Below, piece after piece: positions 25,852 through 51,508 of a stretch of 64,000 nt of DNA. Source of the DNA: the human T2T-CHM13v2.0 reference genome, Homo sapiens. How positions within the stretch are numbered: the stretch's first letter is position 1; the number at the start of each line of letters is the position of its first letter. A program made the translations under genes and the position numbers. The stretch is taken from NCBI RefSeq assembly GCF_009914755.1, contig NC_060932.1. The stretch is one strand, 5' to 3'. The notes under the pieces were generated by a model, which worked only from the letters and a program-made list of their open reading frames with translations, ran no database searches and had not been told where the DNA came from.

Positions 25852-26105
25852 ATAACAATTAAAGCCAATATTTATTAAGCGCTTACAATGTACTAGGCAC
25901 TGTTTTAAGTTCTTTTAGTTGTTATTATACTCAATCCTCCTAACAAATCCATTAGGTAGTTACAATTAATCATTCCTCTTCACATATAAAGAAACTCAGC
26001 CCCTGAGAGGATGGATGAGGATCTTTCCCAAGGTCACAGCGTTAGTAAATGATGATGCTGGTATTAGAACTTGGGAGCACTTTCTCCTGAATTGACATTA
26101 TTAAT
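25852..26105 (-). mobile_element. MIR SINE
   Basis: ATTTATTAAGCGCTTACAATGTACTAGGCAC...GAAACTCAG...CCCAAGGTCACAGC. Confidence 0.8.
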
Positions 26106-27609
26106 TAATCTCTATGTTATGCTCCCTTCCATCGGGGACAGAAGGTGTATTAGTCTAAAGCAATGGCTTACTAGATCACAGTTTAGAAGCTACAAAAAGT
26201 AAGTAAGAGGTAGGAAAAAGATATTTGTCTTAATCATCTTTAGTGACTCACCCTACTTTAATGGTTTCAATATGCTAACATATCTCCTTTCCAATTTTGA
26301 TTTTAAAAAGCACTATAGACATATTTAACTTTACTGAGCATCTGTGTTTAGTTATACCTTACTGTTCCTACCCACTAATCACATGAATTGTTAAAATATT
26401 AGTCATTCTTTATGATAGTTTATAAAAATAAAAGTTTTTATTTTAAAAATTCTATTATAAGAGTTTTCATCAAGAAAAATATATTATTAACCTAAAAGGC
26501 TCAGAAAATTGGCATAACTATCATCATTGTCATTTTAGTAGTTTAAAAAAATCATACCCTATTCAGATAAATACTGCTTTATTCTTTGATGTCTTTTGAT
26601 AGAAAATAAACTATGACATGAATAAAAACTAAAATAGAGACCTCAGCCTTACTTTAAGGGACAAAAACTCAAATAACTAGGGCCTCATTTCTCCTTTCTC
26701 TTTTTTTCTCTATGGAGTTCTTCCAATTTTCTGCCTAAACAGACTCTGCCCCCATGTGTTGTATATCCTTAATACTGGCATTGGGTTCTCTTACAGGGCT
26801 GCAAAAGTACTCAAGTCCACTGAGTAGTCTGGTGGGTTGTTCAGCCAATTTGGCATTAACATCTGCCCAGCTACTAGGCTTGTCTGTATAAAATAAGGCT
26901 AAGTCAGTAGTTACAGATGGTCCACTAAAGCTGCTCACTCACCTTTGAGATACATGAGAGCTCCCTTCAATCAGAATTGAAATCAAAGAATATGATGATT
27001 AGAAAGGAGTTAAAATCCAGAGAAGGAAACTGGGATCACTGTTCTGTAAGATGTTTCTGAGCCCCTCAATCAAAGGAAGAGTCCTTCTGGTTGTTATCAT
27101 AGCAAATACAAGAGGAAAAAAATAATTGGCATTCTAGTATAATAATATTATTCAGGTAGAGGAAATATTTAAAAATAATTCATTGAATTATGAAGCAGAC
27201 ATATTGTCTTTGCAATTAGAAATGTTTAACTCTCAGGAATTAACACTGTAGATATGGTAATGTGGTGTCTTTAACATTTTTTTCTTTGGGTGGTATAGTT
27301 TTGTAGGCATAGAAGGAAACTCAGTAGTACATATCAACATCAAAAAAGAACAGAAGAAATGTTAGTGAAAGATTTCAGGATTTGAGTTTTGGTGTTTTTA
27401 AGTGCAAAACAGAATTAGCTTTGTATCATTCCATCCTCAGATGTGGTATCAAAGCATTCCATCAAAAGGGGAAAAGCTATTATGTATTTATATGAATATA
27501 TACTACCGAGAAATAAATTCATATTTCTAGAGTTATATTTATATATTATATATACATATTTATATTTCTAGAGCTAAGTAATTCTGAATTTTTAAAATCA
27601 CCTTTAGTT

Positions 27610-27940
27610 TTTGAAGATGTATATATTTGCATAGCCCAATATTCAATAGTCACAAAAATGATTCCTTCTTCCTGTCCCCCAGACACCAGATCCTGCCTTC
27701 AGATATTACCAATTGTTTGTGTATGCTAGCAGAGCATTCTGTGCACGTTCTACTAGATATATAAACTTATATTTTCATTTTTTTATCAAATGGTAGCATA
27801 TTACATGTATTATTCTGTGTCTTTGGAGTTTTTAATGTTATTAATTTATGTTTTACATATGTATATATTCATTGCATAAAGAGATTTCTTATTCTTTTTT
27901 ATGACTGCATGTGGGATGATATTAATTTAACTAGTCCCTT
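27610..27940 (-). mobile_element. Old L1ME-type 3' fragment
   Basis: CAAATGGTAGCATATTAC...ATTCTTTTTTATGACTGCAT. Confidence 0.45.
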
Positions 27941-27944
27941 ACTC

Positions 27945-28185
27945 AGCTTCTGTTAATGTAGCCATGTGGGAATGGAGGCCCAATGTAGCCAAATCACAAT
28001 TTTCTAAAGGACACCAATGCTTAAAGATTTTATGCTAAATCTTCCATATTTTAAAAGAGGATACTAATTTTTAAAGATTTTAGAAAACTATGCAAACATA
28101 TAATCTATACACTATAAATTATATCAGCAAGTTAAATCTGACTAGTGGGCCACCCACACTCCAGTTTTTAAAAAAATCTCTGGTA
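27945..28185. mobile_element. MER102-like hAT-Charlie relic
   Basis: GCCATGTGGGAATGGAGGCCCAATGTAGCCA...GATTTTATGCTAAATCT. Confidence 0.55.
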
Positions 28186-31100
28186 GCTAAATTGGAACAG
28201 TCAATGGATGAAGAAGCATATATGTGACATCCATTCAATTTATAGGAATGTTGATGTAATAACATTGATCTTCTTTCATAAAAATATTTTTAAATGTATG
28301 ATCTTTTCTTTGAACCTAAGCATGCCATTTAAGTCTAAGGGACTTATAAAATTGGGCCAATAAGAAGAAATACAGACTGTGATACCCTGGCAGCATATGT
28401 AACAAAAGTTAGGTTTTTCTTTTTTTTTTTCAATTATTTTAATTTTTGTTTGTTAGCTTTACTTCTATAAAATTACATATATGTGCTTTAAAATATAAAA
28501 TATTTCTGCAAGTTTTGTAATATTAAATAGGCTATTTCATATTCCACTCCTATAGTCAGATAGTTCATACTCACAGGAAGCAACTGCTTTCACTTCTTTT
28601 AGCTATTTTTTTCTAGTATTTGCCTTCATTTTTCTTTAAAAAATGCTTATGTGAGAGAGGGCGAGATGGCTGACTAGACGCAGCCACATGGAACAGCTGC
28701 CACTGAGGGACCCAGACGACTGGAGCACTCCTAACAGATATTCAGCGGGAACCCACTGAGAGTGGATGGAGAGAAGAAACAGAAGCCGGGTTGAAAGGAG
28801 AGGAAGCTAGGAACCCTGCGTGGGGCTACTGTGCACTAGGACTTGTTCTGGCCCCCAACAACTCCAGGGTAATGGGTGAGTTGAACTGGAAAGGAGCAAC
28901 CCACTCTTACCAGGGGCCTCTGGAATCCCAACAGGAGGAGACCCCTCCCACCAGGGACACTCAAGTTGGCAAGGAGAGCTGCTTAGAGAAGTGATAGGGG
29001 AAGCAAGTCAGCTGATGTGGAGCCCAGAGGGTTTGTTGCAGGAGTGTCTGCACCAGACCATGACCAGGGAAGCCCATCAGCCCAGGGTCGACTTGCCCCC
29101 ATAGCACACTTTAACCCTAGGGGAACTGTCAGACCTGAACTCTGCAGGGCAGTCTTGCCCATCAGACAGGAAGGACCATTCCAACTTGGGCACCCCTTGG
29201 CCTGCTGGTCTCTCCTGGGGCCCCAGACTGGCCACACTTAATTGCAAGGCACACTTAGGTGCCCTGGGGTTCTGTATCATAGTTCCTGCCTATGGCAGAC
29301 CTACCTAACCAGCTGAGAACTCCAGCAAGATGGCCCCTATAACCACGCACCAGTCTACCTGCTCCCTCCCAACACTGCAGTCTCCCTCAGGCCCACAGCA
29401 GCCCCCCATATTGCTTTGCTGGTGCATTTGTGCATAGGTGGGTTTTGCCTTCTTTGCCCTACTGGCACCCTGTGTGCACCCTGCCTTCCCAATGCATGAG
29501 AGTACACTCCATCCCTCTTTCACCCACTGGACCACCATTGCAGTCAGAGCCATGGCAGGCACAGAGCCAGCCAGCCCACTTCCACCAGCATCCCACCCTT
29601 GTACCAACACTGCCACAAGAGTGAAGCTAGGCACAGAGAACAGTGGACCCTCCCCCACCATGAACATTCACCCCTATTGCAGCCCACAGAGAACACACAC
29701 AGACATGACCCTGGCAGTGCCCCACCCCTGTGCTAACACCACCACCCCAGTGAAGGTGTGCACAGTCGCTGTCACTGGCGGGGGCACCCCCATCCCCCAA
29801 GCTGTGCTGCCTCTGTCCTGTGGTGAACATGGGCACAAAGGCAAGCATCCTGGCACCCCCTAGCACCCTAATGCAGCTGATGAGCATACACCCCACCATG
29901 CTGCTGCTGCCGCTGCTGCTAGGACATATGAATGAGGATGCACCCTGCTGCCACTGCGTTATGAAATACTTTGGCTGACACCATCTATCGAAGTGTAATG
30001 ACCAGTGGTCTGGGAGCATCTCTTCCCCACCCCCTCTACCCTTCAGTGCAGTGGATTCCTAACCTCAAGGAGCCAGAGAACAAAGTTGGGGACCAATACA
30101 AGTTTCCAATAATTAGATCACACAGTTCAGGAGTTGGAAGCTGAGCATGGCCCCGCTAAAATCTTCCAGAAATGAAGCCAGTTGGCTGAATTCACCTTAT
30201 ACCACAAACACCCAATGTCATCAAATAGGATAAAAGGGGGGAAAAAAAAAACCCATTCGGAGGTCAGCAACTTCAAAGACTGAAGAAACATCAGCCCATA
30301 AAAATGAGAAAAACCAAAGAAAGAAATCTTACAATTCAAAAAGCCAGAGTTCTTCTTTCCTCCAAATGACTGCACCACCTCTCCAGCAAGGGTTCTGAAC
30401 TGAGCTGAGATAGCTGAAATAACAGAAATAGAATTCAGATTATGGATGATAATGAAGATCATTGAGATGCAGGAGTACATTGAAATCCAAGGAAGCTAAG
30501 AATCACAATAAAATGATAAAGTGGGTGACAGACAAAATAGCCAGTATAGAAAAGAACATAACTGACCTGATAGACCCAAAAAACACACTTCAAAATTTCA
30601 TAATGCAATCATAAGCATTAATAGCAGAATAGACCAAGCTGAGGAAAGAATCTCAGAGCTTGAAGACTGGATTTCTGAAATAAGGTAGTCAGACAAGAAA
30701 AGAGAAAAAGAATGAAAAGGAATGAAGAAAGCCTCCAAGAAATATGAGATTATGTAAAGAGACCAAATCTATGACTCATTGGTGTCCCTGAAAGAGATGG
30801 GGAGAATGTAAGTAACTTGGGAAGCATATCTCAGAATATCATCCATGAGAATTTTCCCAACCTAGCTAGAGAGGCCAACATTCAAAATCAGGAAATGCAG
30901 AGAACCCCAGTAAGATCCTTCACAAGAAGATCATCCCAAACACACATAATCTTCAGATTCTCCAAGGTTGGAATGAAAGAATACATGTTAAAGGCAACCA
31001 CAGAGAAAGGTCAGGTCACTTACAATGGGAAGCCCATCATTCTAACAGCAGATCTCTCAGCAGAAATCTTAAAGGCAGGAGAGATTGGGAACCAATATTC

Positions 31101-31620
31101 AACACTCTTAAGAAAAGAAATTCCAACCCAGAATTTCATAACCAGCCAAACTAAGCCTCATAAGCAAAGGTGAAATAAGATCCTTTTCAGACAAGCAGAT
31201 GTTGAGGAATTCATCACCACCAGGCCTGCCTTGCAAGAACTCCTGAAGGAAGCACTAAATATGGGAAGGAAAGTCTGTTATGAGCCACTAAAAAACATGA
31301 CTAAATACACAGACCAGTGACACTATACACAATCACACAAACAAGTCTACATAATAACTAGCTAACATCATGATGACAGTCTAAAAAAAAAAAAAAAGCA
31401 GAGGTGGTGATTTTAATTTCAGACAAAACAGATTTTAAACCAACAAAGATCAAAAAAGACAAAGAAGGGGCATTACCTCATAGTAAAGGGTTCAATTCAA
31501 TAAGAAAATCTATTCTAAATGTATATGGACCCAACACAGGAGTACCCAGATTCATAAAGAAAGCTTTTGGAGACCTTCATAGAGACTTAGATTCCCACAC
31601 AATAATAGTGGGAGACTTTA

Positions 31621-37351
<5,731 letters not shown>

Positions 37352-37983
37352 TAATAGTGGGATAATTTAACACCCCACTGACAGTATTAGACAGATAATT
37401 GAGGCAGAAAATTAATGAAGATATTCAGGACCTGTACTCAGCAGTGGAACAAATGGAACCTAATAGACATCTATAGAACTCTCCACCTCAAAGCAAGAGA
37501 ATATACATTCTTCTCACTGCCACATGGCACGTACTCTAAAATGAATCACATAATTGGGCACAAAACACTCCTCAGCAAATGCAGAAGAAATGAAATCATA
37601 ACAACCACTCTCTTGGACTACACCACAATAAAATTAGAAATCAAGAATAAGAAATTCACCCAAAACCATACAATTACCTGTAAATCAAATAACCTGCTCC
37701 TGAATGACTTTTGCATAAATAATGAAATTAAGGCAGAAATAAAGATGTTGTTTGAAACTAGCCAGAAGAAAAATACCACATACCAGAATCTCTGTGACAC
37801 AGCTAAGGCAGTGTTAAGAGGGGAATTTATAGCACTAAATACCACACCAAAAAGTTAGAAAGATCTCAATTTAACAATGTAACATCACAACTAAAAAACT
37901 AGCAAACCCAGAGCAAACTAACCCCGAAGCTAGCTAGCAGAAGACAAATAACTAAAATCAGAGCTGAAGTGAAGGAGATTTAG

Positions 37984-38014
<31 letters not shown>

Positions 38015-38025
38015 AACACACACAC
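37984..38025. repeat. (CA)n microsatellite within L1 ORF2
   Basis: Visible AC run with one interruption. Confidence 0.95.
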
Positions 38026-38524
38026 TCTCAAAAGATCAATGAATCCAGTTGTTAGTTTTTTGAAAAAATTAATAAAATAGATAAACCACTAGCTAGACTA
38101 ATGAAGAAAAGAGAGAAGATAAAAATAAAAACAATTAGAAATGACAGAGGGGATATTACCAACGACTCCACAGAAATACAAATAACCATCAGAGACTACT
38201 ATGAACACCTCTATCCACATAAAATAGAAAATCTAGATGAAATGGATAAATTCCTGGATACATACAGCCTCTTGAGCCTCACCCAGGAAGAAATTGAATC
38301 TGCTCATAGACCAATAATGAGTACTAAAATTGAATCAGTAATAAATAATGTACCAACCAAAAGAAGCTCAGAACCAGATGGGTTCATAGCAGAATGCTAC
38401 TAGATGTACAAAGAAGAGCTGGTAGCATTCCTACTGAAACTGTTCCAAAAATTAAGAAGGAGGGACTCCTCCCTAACTTATTCTACGAGGAAAGCATCAT
38501 CCTGATACCAAAATCTGTCAGACA

Positions 38525-38526
<2 letters not shown>

Positions 38527-38581
<55 letters not shown>
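38527..38581. repeat. (CA)n followed by poly(A) within L1 ORF2
   Basis: About 18 CA units, then about 20 A. Confidence 0.95.
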
Positions 38582-41500
38582 GCTTGAGGTCAATATACTT
38601 GATAAACCTTGATACAAAAGTCCTCAACAAAATACTGGTAAACCAAATCCAGCAACACATCAAAAAGTGTATGCACCATAATCAAGTAGACTTTATCCCT
38701 GGGATGCAAGGTTGGTTTAACACACACAAATCAATAAATGTGATTAATCACATAAAAAGAACTAAAGACAAAAACCACATGATTATCTAAAATCGATGTG
38801 TAAAAGGCTTTTGATAAAATTCAACACCCCTTCATGTTGAAAAAAAAAAACCTCTCAATAAACTAGGTAATGAAGGAACATACTTCCAAAAAATTTTGAA
38901 CCATATATGACCAGCCCACAGCCAACATCACACAGAATGGGCAAAAGCTGGAAGCATTCCCCTTGAAAACCAGCACAAGAAAAGGACTCCCTCTTATACC
39001 ACTCTTGTTCAACATAGTATTGGAAATTCTGGTCAGAACAATCAGGCAAGAGAAATAATAAATGGCATCCAAATAGAAAGAGAAGAAGTCAAATTATCCC
39101 TGTTTGCAAATGACATGATCCTATATCTAGAAAACCCCATAACTCAGCCCAAAAGCCCCTTAAGCTGAGAAAAAACTTCAGCAAAATCTCAAGATACAAA
39201 GTCAATGTACAAAAATTGATAGCATTCCTATACACCAACAACAGTCAATCCAAGAGCCAAATCAGGAATGCAATCCCATTCACATTAGCCTCATAAAGAA
39301 TAAAATACTAGGAATACAGCTAACCGGGAGGTGAATGATCTCTACAGGGAGAAATACAAAACACTTCTCAAATAAATTAAAGATGAATCAAACAAAGGGA
39401 AAAATATTACATGCTCATGGATAGAAAGAATATCATTAAAATGAGAATACCGCCCAAAGCAATTGATAGATTCAGTGCTATTTCTCTCAAACTATCAATG
39501 GCATTCTTTACAGAACTAGAAAAAACTTTTGCAATTCATATGGAACCAAAAAAGAGCACAAATAGCTAAGACAATCCTAAGCTAAAAGAACAAAGCTGGA
39601 GATATCATGCTACTCAATTTCAAACTATACTACAGGGCTACCGTATCCAAAACAACATGGTGCTAGTACAAAAACAGACACATAAACAAATGGAACAGAC
39701 TAGAAAGTCCCAAAATAAGGCTGCACACCTATGACTATCTTATCTTCAACAAAGTCAGCAAAAACAAGCAATGGGGAAAGCACTCCCTATTCAATAAAGG
39801 ATGCTGGGATAACTGGCTAGCCATATGCAGAAGATTGAAACTGCACCCCCTTCTTATACCATATACAAAAAGCAAATCAACATGGATTAAAGACCTAAAT
39901 GTAAAACCCTAGAAGACGACTTAGGCAACACCATTTAGGACATAGGAATGGCCAAAGATATCATGATGAAGACACCAAAACAATTGCAACAAAAGCAAAA
40001 ACTGACAAATGGGATCTAATTAAACTGAAGAGCTTCTGCACAGCAAAATAAACTATAAACAGAGTAAACAAACAGCCTACAGAACAGGAGAAAGTATTTG
40101 CAAACTATGCATCTGACAAAGGTCTAATATCCAGTATCTATAAGGAACTTAAACTTATAAGGAAAACCAAACAACCCCATTAAAATGTGGGCAAAGTACA
40201 TGAACAGACACTTTCAAAAGGAGACATGCATGCAGCCAACAAGTAAATGAAAAAGAGTTCAACATCACTGATCATTAGAGAAATGAACATGTAAACCATG
40301 ATGAGATACCATCTCACACCAGTAAGAATGGCTATTATTTAAAAGTCAAAAAATAACAGGTGCTGGCAAAGTTGTGGAGAAAAAGAAACACTTTTACACT
40401 GCTTGTAAGAGTGTAAATTAGTTCAACCATTGTGGAAAGCAGTGAGGTGATTCCTCAAAAAGCTAAAAATGGAACTACCATTTGACTCCGCTATCCCATT
40501 ACTGGATATATACCCAAAGGAATATAAATCATTCTACCATAAAGACACATGCATGCATATGTACAATAAAGCACTATCTGCATAGTAAAGACATGGAATC
40601 AACCTAAATGCCCATCAGTGGGAGACTAGATAAAGAACATGTCGTACATATACACCATGGAATACTATGCAGCCATAAAAAGGACAGGATTATGTCCTTG
40701 GCAGGAACATAGACGGAGCTGCAGGCCATTATCCTTAGCAAGCTAACACAGGAACAAAAAAACAAATACCACATGTTCTCACTTATAACTGGAGCTAAAT
40801 GATGAGAACACATGGACATATAGTGGGGAGCAATAGACACTAGGGCTGACAGAGGGTGGAAGGTGGGAGAAGGGAGAGTTTCAGCAAAAATAATGAATGG
40901 GTACCAGGCTTAATACCTGGATGACAAAATAGTCTGTACAAAAACCCCCCCATTACACAAGTTTACCTATATAACAAAACTGCACATGTACCCCTGAACT
41001 TAAAAATTGAAAAAATAAAATTAGAAAAATAAGTTAAAAAGAAATATTGCATGCAAAAATAAAAAATTCTTATACTGATATTTCTTGATTTTCTAAATCT
41101 TAATATTTGTTGGTTTCCTTTTCTGAAATATTATAATTTAGCTAAACTTATACTTCCTCCTTATCCTCCATTCTCTCAAGTTATAAATCATAATTTTTAG
41201 TAAGATTGCAATTTGGTGTTTGCCTTATCACAACTAAACCATGTAGTGTACTATAATTTCATATTCTTTCTTATATTACTGTTTTTTCTTCTCAGGAGAT
41301 TTTTTTTCCTGTTACTTCCTAGGCATCATTAGTTTGTCCCCAAATACTCCACCTCTCAATGCAGTCAAAACTTCCTTTTTCTACAAATATCTTCCTTGTC
41401 TATGAATTTCTTCCTCTTTCTTCCCTGACTCTCTTGCTCTCTCTGTCTTAAACATTCTCTCTTCAGCCCTCACAACCCCTCCCCCTGATGAAATGGTTGT

Positions 41501-41635
41501 TCTCTGGCTTGTTGCTGTCTCCTCATGGGCTCCTGCTTCTCCTTCAGCCTTGGAATTCTCCTATGTCCTGGATGCAATGTCTTTCCTTTTATTTGTTGAC
41601 TCTCATATTTTGGTGAAGCACTTTTTCCAAGAAAA

Positions 41636-42006
41636 GGTATCTTTTAGTCTATTTTGTGCTGTTATAACAGAATACCTGAGACTGGATAATTTATTTTAAA
41701 AAAAGATATATTTCTTACACCTCTGTAGGCTGGGAAGTCCAAGATTGACGTGCCTATATCTGGTGAGGGACTCCTTGCTGTGTCATAAGACAACAGAAGG
41801 TATCACAGGCAAGAGAGAGCAAGAGAGGACCTAATTGTCTTTTATAACTATTCACTTACAATAATGAACCAACTATATTAATTTATTCAGGAGGGTTTTG
41901 CTCTTATGACCTAATGACCTCTTAAAGGTATCACCTCTCAACACTGTTGCATTGAGAATTAAATTGCTAACATTTGAACTTTGGGGGACACATTCAAACC
42001 ACAGTG
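41636..42006 (-). mobile_element. MST (B-D-like) MaLR solo LTR
   Basis: TTAGTCTATTTTGTGCTGTTATAACAGAATACCTGAGACTGG...GGGGGACACATTCAAACC. Confidence 0.8.
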
Positions 42007-42043
42007 CAGTACATAGAACATCAAGTTTTTGATGACTTACTGA

Positions 42044-42238
42044 TTGAATTAGGGTTATCTAGAGAATTGGAACCAGCTGGAAGTCTGTATAGATAGAAAG
42101 ACGTTTATTTTAAGGAATTGATTTGTGTTATATAGAAACTGGCAAGTCCAAAATGTGCAGGGTAGCCTGACAGTCTGGAGACCCAGGAAGGAGCCAACGT
42201 TTTAGTTCAATTCCAAAGGCTGGATGGCTGATTGGCTG
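42044..42238 (-). mobile_element. MLT2 (ERVL) LTR, partial
   Basis: TTAGGGTTATCTAGAGAA...TTTTAAGGAATTG...GGCAAGTCCAAAAT...CTGGAGACCCAGG. Confidence 0.75.
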
Positions 42239-43270
42239 TCAGCTGCAGGGATACAAATGATGTCATCACCCAGATAGTGAGCATAGTAGCCAAAAGTTAG
42301 TTTTTCAACCTTTTCTCCCCTCCTCTCCTTCTCACCTGTCAGTCTCCAGTGTCCGTTGTTGCCATCTTTACATCCATGAATACCCAATGTTTAGCTCCCG
42401 CTTATAAGTGAGAACATGTGATATTTGGTTTTCTGTTCTTGCATTAATTTGCCTAGGGTAATAGTCTCTAGCTGTATCCATGTTGCTGCAAGGACATAAT
42501 TTTGTTTTTTATCATAACTTCATAGTTTTCCATGGTGTTTATGCACTACATTTTCTTCATCCAATGCACCGTTATTGGGCACCTAGGTTGATTCTGCGTT
42601 TTTGCAATTGTGAATAGTGCTGCAATGAACATATAAGTGCATGTGTCTTTTTGGTCGAACCATTTATTTTACTTTGGGTATATACTCAGTAGTGGGTATA
42701 TCATTGCTGGCTTGAATGATAATTCTGTTTTAAGTTCTTGGAGAAATTTCCAAACTGCTATCCACAGGGGCTGAACTAATTTATATTCCCATCAACTGTG
42801 TATAAACATTCCCTTTTCTCTGCCACCTTGTCAACATCTGTTATTTTTTGACTTTTTAGTAAAAGCCATTCTGACTGGTGAGACGGTATCTCATTGTGGT
42901 TTTGATTTGCATTTCTCAGATGGTTGGTAATGTGGAGTGTTCTTTCATGTGTTTGTTGGTCATATATGTGTGTTCTTTTGAGAAGTGTCTGTACATGTAC
43001 TTTGCCCACTTTTTAATGGGGTTATTTGGTTTTTGCTTGTTGAATTGTTTAAGATCCTTATAGATAATGGATATTACAGAATGATATTTCTTAGGTTTTC
43101 ATCTAGGAGTTTTATAGCTTCAGGTCTTACATTTAAGTCTTTCATCCATCTTGAGCTACCTTTTCTATATGGTATTAGATGGTGCTTCAGTTTCATTCTT
43201 CTGCATATGGTTAGCCAGTTTTCTCAGCCCCATTTGTTGAAAAGTGAGTACTTTCACCATTACTTGTTGT

Positions 43271-43629
43271 TGTATTAGTCCATTTTAACACTCCTATAAA
43301 GAAATATCTGAGACTGGGTAGTTTATAAAGAAAAGAGATTCAATCAACTCATAATTTTGCATGGCTAGGGAGGCCTCAGGCAACTTACAATCATGGCAGA
43401 AGGGGAAGGGGAAGCAAGGCACATCTTACATGGTGACAGGAGAGAGAGAGTGGGGAGAAGTGCCACACTTTTAAACCATCAGATCTCATGGGCACTCACT
43501 ATCACAAAAACAGCATGGGGGAAACTTGCCCTCATGATCCAATGATGTCCCACCAGATCCCTACCCTAACATGTGGGGATTAAAATTCCTCATGAGATTT
43601 CAGTGGAGACGCAGAGTGAAACCATATCA
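43271..43629 (-). mobile_element. THE1 (D-like) MaLR solo LTR
   Basis: TGTATTAGTCCATTTT...GGAGGCCTCAGGCAACTTACAATCATGGCAGAAGG...AAACCATATCA; flanked by approximate 5-bp TSD CTTGT. Confidence 0.88.
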
Positions 43630-46090
43630 CTTGTTATTGTTTACTTTGTTGAAGATTAGATGGTTGTAGGTGTGCAGCTTTATTTCAGGGATCTCTATTC
43701 TGTTTCATTGATCTATGTGCCTGTTTTTGTACCAGTATCATGCTGTTTTGATTACTGCAACCTTGCAGTATAGTTTGAAGTTGGGTAGTGTGATGCCTCT
43801 GGCTTTATTCTTTTTGCTTACAATTTTTTTGGCTATTAAGGCTCTACTTTGATTCAATATGAACTTTATAATAGTTTTTTCTAATTCTATGAAAAATATC
43901 AGTAATTTGATGGGAATAGAGTTGAATATGTACATTGCTTTGGGGAGTATGGCCATTTTAACAATATTGATTCTTCAAATCCATGAGTGTGGGATGCTTC
44001 CATTTGTTTGTGTTATCTATGAATTTTTTCAGCAGTGTTTTGCAGTTCTTCTTGTAGAGATCTTTCACCTCTTTGGTTACATGTATTCCATGATATTTTA
44101 TTTTATTTATTTGTGACTATTGTAAATGGGATTGCATTCTTGATTTGGCTTTCAGCTTGAATGTTATTGGTGTATAGAAATGCTACTGATTTTTGTCCAT
44201 TGATTTTGTAACTTGAAATTTTATTGAAGTCATTTATTGCTTTAGAAGCCTTTTGGCAGAGTATTTAGGGTTTTCTAGTCATAGAATCATATCATCAGTG
44301 AAGAGAAATAATTTGACTTATTTTCCTATTTAATATCTTTTATTTCTTTCTCTTACTTGATCTGGCTAAAACTTACAGTACTATGTTGAATAGGAGTGGT
44401 GAGAGTGGGCACCCTTCTCATGTTTGAGTTCTTAAGAAGAATACTTCCAGCATTTGTCCTTTCAGTATAATGTTGGCTGTAGGTTTGTAATAGATGGCTC
44501 TTATTATCTTGAGGTATATTCCTTTGATGTCTAGTTTGTTGAGGGTTTTTATTGTAAGGGTATGTAGAAACTTATCAAAATCTTTTTCTCCATCTATTGA
44601 GATGATCGCATGTTTTTTGTTTTCAATTCTGTTTATGTGGTGAATCACATTTATTGATTTGCATATGTTAAACGAGCCCTTTATCCCAGGAGTAAAGCCT
44701 ACTAGATTGTGGTGAAATTAACTTTTTGTGTGCTGCTGTATCAGAGATATTGGCCCATAGTTTTGTTTTTGGCTGTGTCTCACCAGATTTTGATATTAGG
44801 GTTATGCTAGCTTTGTAAAATGAGTTGGAGAAGTCCCTCCACCTCTATTTTTTGTAATATTTTCATTAGGATTGGTACCAGCTATTCTTTGCATATCTGG
44901 TAGAATTTGGCTGTGGATCCATCTCGTCCAGGACTCTTTTCAATCGGTGGGCTTTTTGTTATTTATTCAATTTCAGAACTTGATATTGGTATATTCAGAG
45001 TTTTTATTTCTTCCTGACTCAGTCTTGGCATGTTGTGTGTTTCCAGGAACTTATTCATTTTCTTTGGATTTTCTATTTTGTATGCATAGAGGTGTTCATA
45101 ATAGTCTCTAAGGATCTTTTATATTTCTGTGGGATCCAGTGTAATGTCACCTTTGTCATTTCTGCTAACACTGATTTAGATCTTCTCTCTTTTTTTCTTT
45201 GTTAATCTAGCTAGTGTTTTATCTATCTTGTTTATTCTTTCAAAGAACCTCTTTTGGTTTCATTGATTCTTTGTATGGATTTTGGGGGCCTCAATTTTAT
45301 TTGGTTCTTCTCTGATTTTTGTTATTTCTTATCTCCTGCTAGCTTTGGGGTTAATTTATTCTTGTTCTTCTAGTTCTTCTAGGTGTGATGTTAGATTGTT
45401 AATTTGAGATATTTCTAATTTCTTAATGTAGGCATTTAGTGCTATAAACTTTCGTCTTAATACTGCTTTAGCTGTATCCCAGAGGTTTTGCTATGTTGTG
45501 TCTCTGTTTTATCTCAAATTTTTTTATTGCTACCTTAATGTTTTTATTTACCTCAAAGTCATTCTGAAGTAAGTTTAATTTCCATGTAATCAAGTGGTTT
45601 TCAGGAATCTTGTTGGTATTGATAGTGTTTTTATTCCACTGTGCTATGAAAGCATGTTTGGTATGATTTTGTTTTTTGTCAATTTATTGAAACTTGCTTT
45701 ATGATGGAACATGTGGTCAATCTTAGAGTATGCTCCATGTGCAGATGTGAAGAATGTATGTTTTGTGATTATTTGGTATTTTATAGATGTCTATTAGATC
45801 CAATTTGTCAAGTGTCAAATTTAAATCCGGGGCTTATTTGTTTGTTAGTTTTCTGCCTCAGGGGTCCGTCTAACACAGTCAGCAGGGTGTTGAAGTTCCC
45901 CACTATTATTATTTGGCTGTCTAAGTCTTTTGTAATGTCTAGAAGCAGTTGTCTTATGAATCCACGTGCTCCAATATTAGGTATGTATATACTGAAGATA
46001 GTTAAGTTCTCTTGTTGGATCAAACCCTTCATCATTATGTAGTGCCATTCTTTGTCCCTTTCTACTGTTGTTGGTTTAAAATCTATTTTC

Positions 46091-46369
<279 letters not shown>

Positions 46370-46404
46370 CATCTATTTAATCTGATATAAAGATAGTGAC
46401 ACTT

Positions 46405-51508
<5,104 letters not shown>

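Noticed and set aside
26735-26966. 67-aa ORF and strong minus-strand donor AAG|GTGAGT at 26943/26942 (possible 22-nt exon)
   Set aside because: The ORF starts at the donor's GTG; the nearest acceptor is a weak AAG; isolated donors occur by chance in 64 kb.
28791-30019. Cluster of overlapping ORFs in GC-rich DNA (possible gene or CpG island)
   Set aside because: Lies within the L1 5'UTR; CpG-depleted; no recognisable protein.
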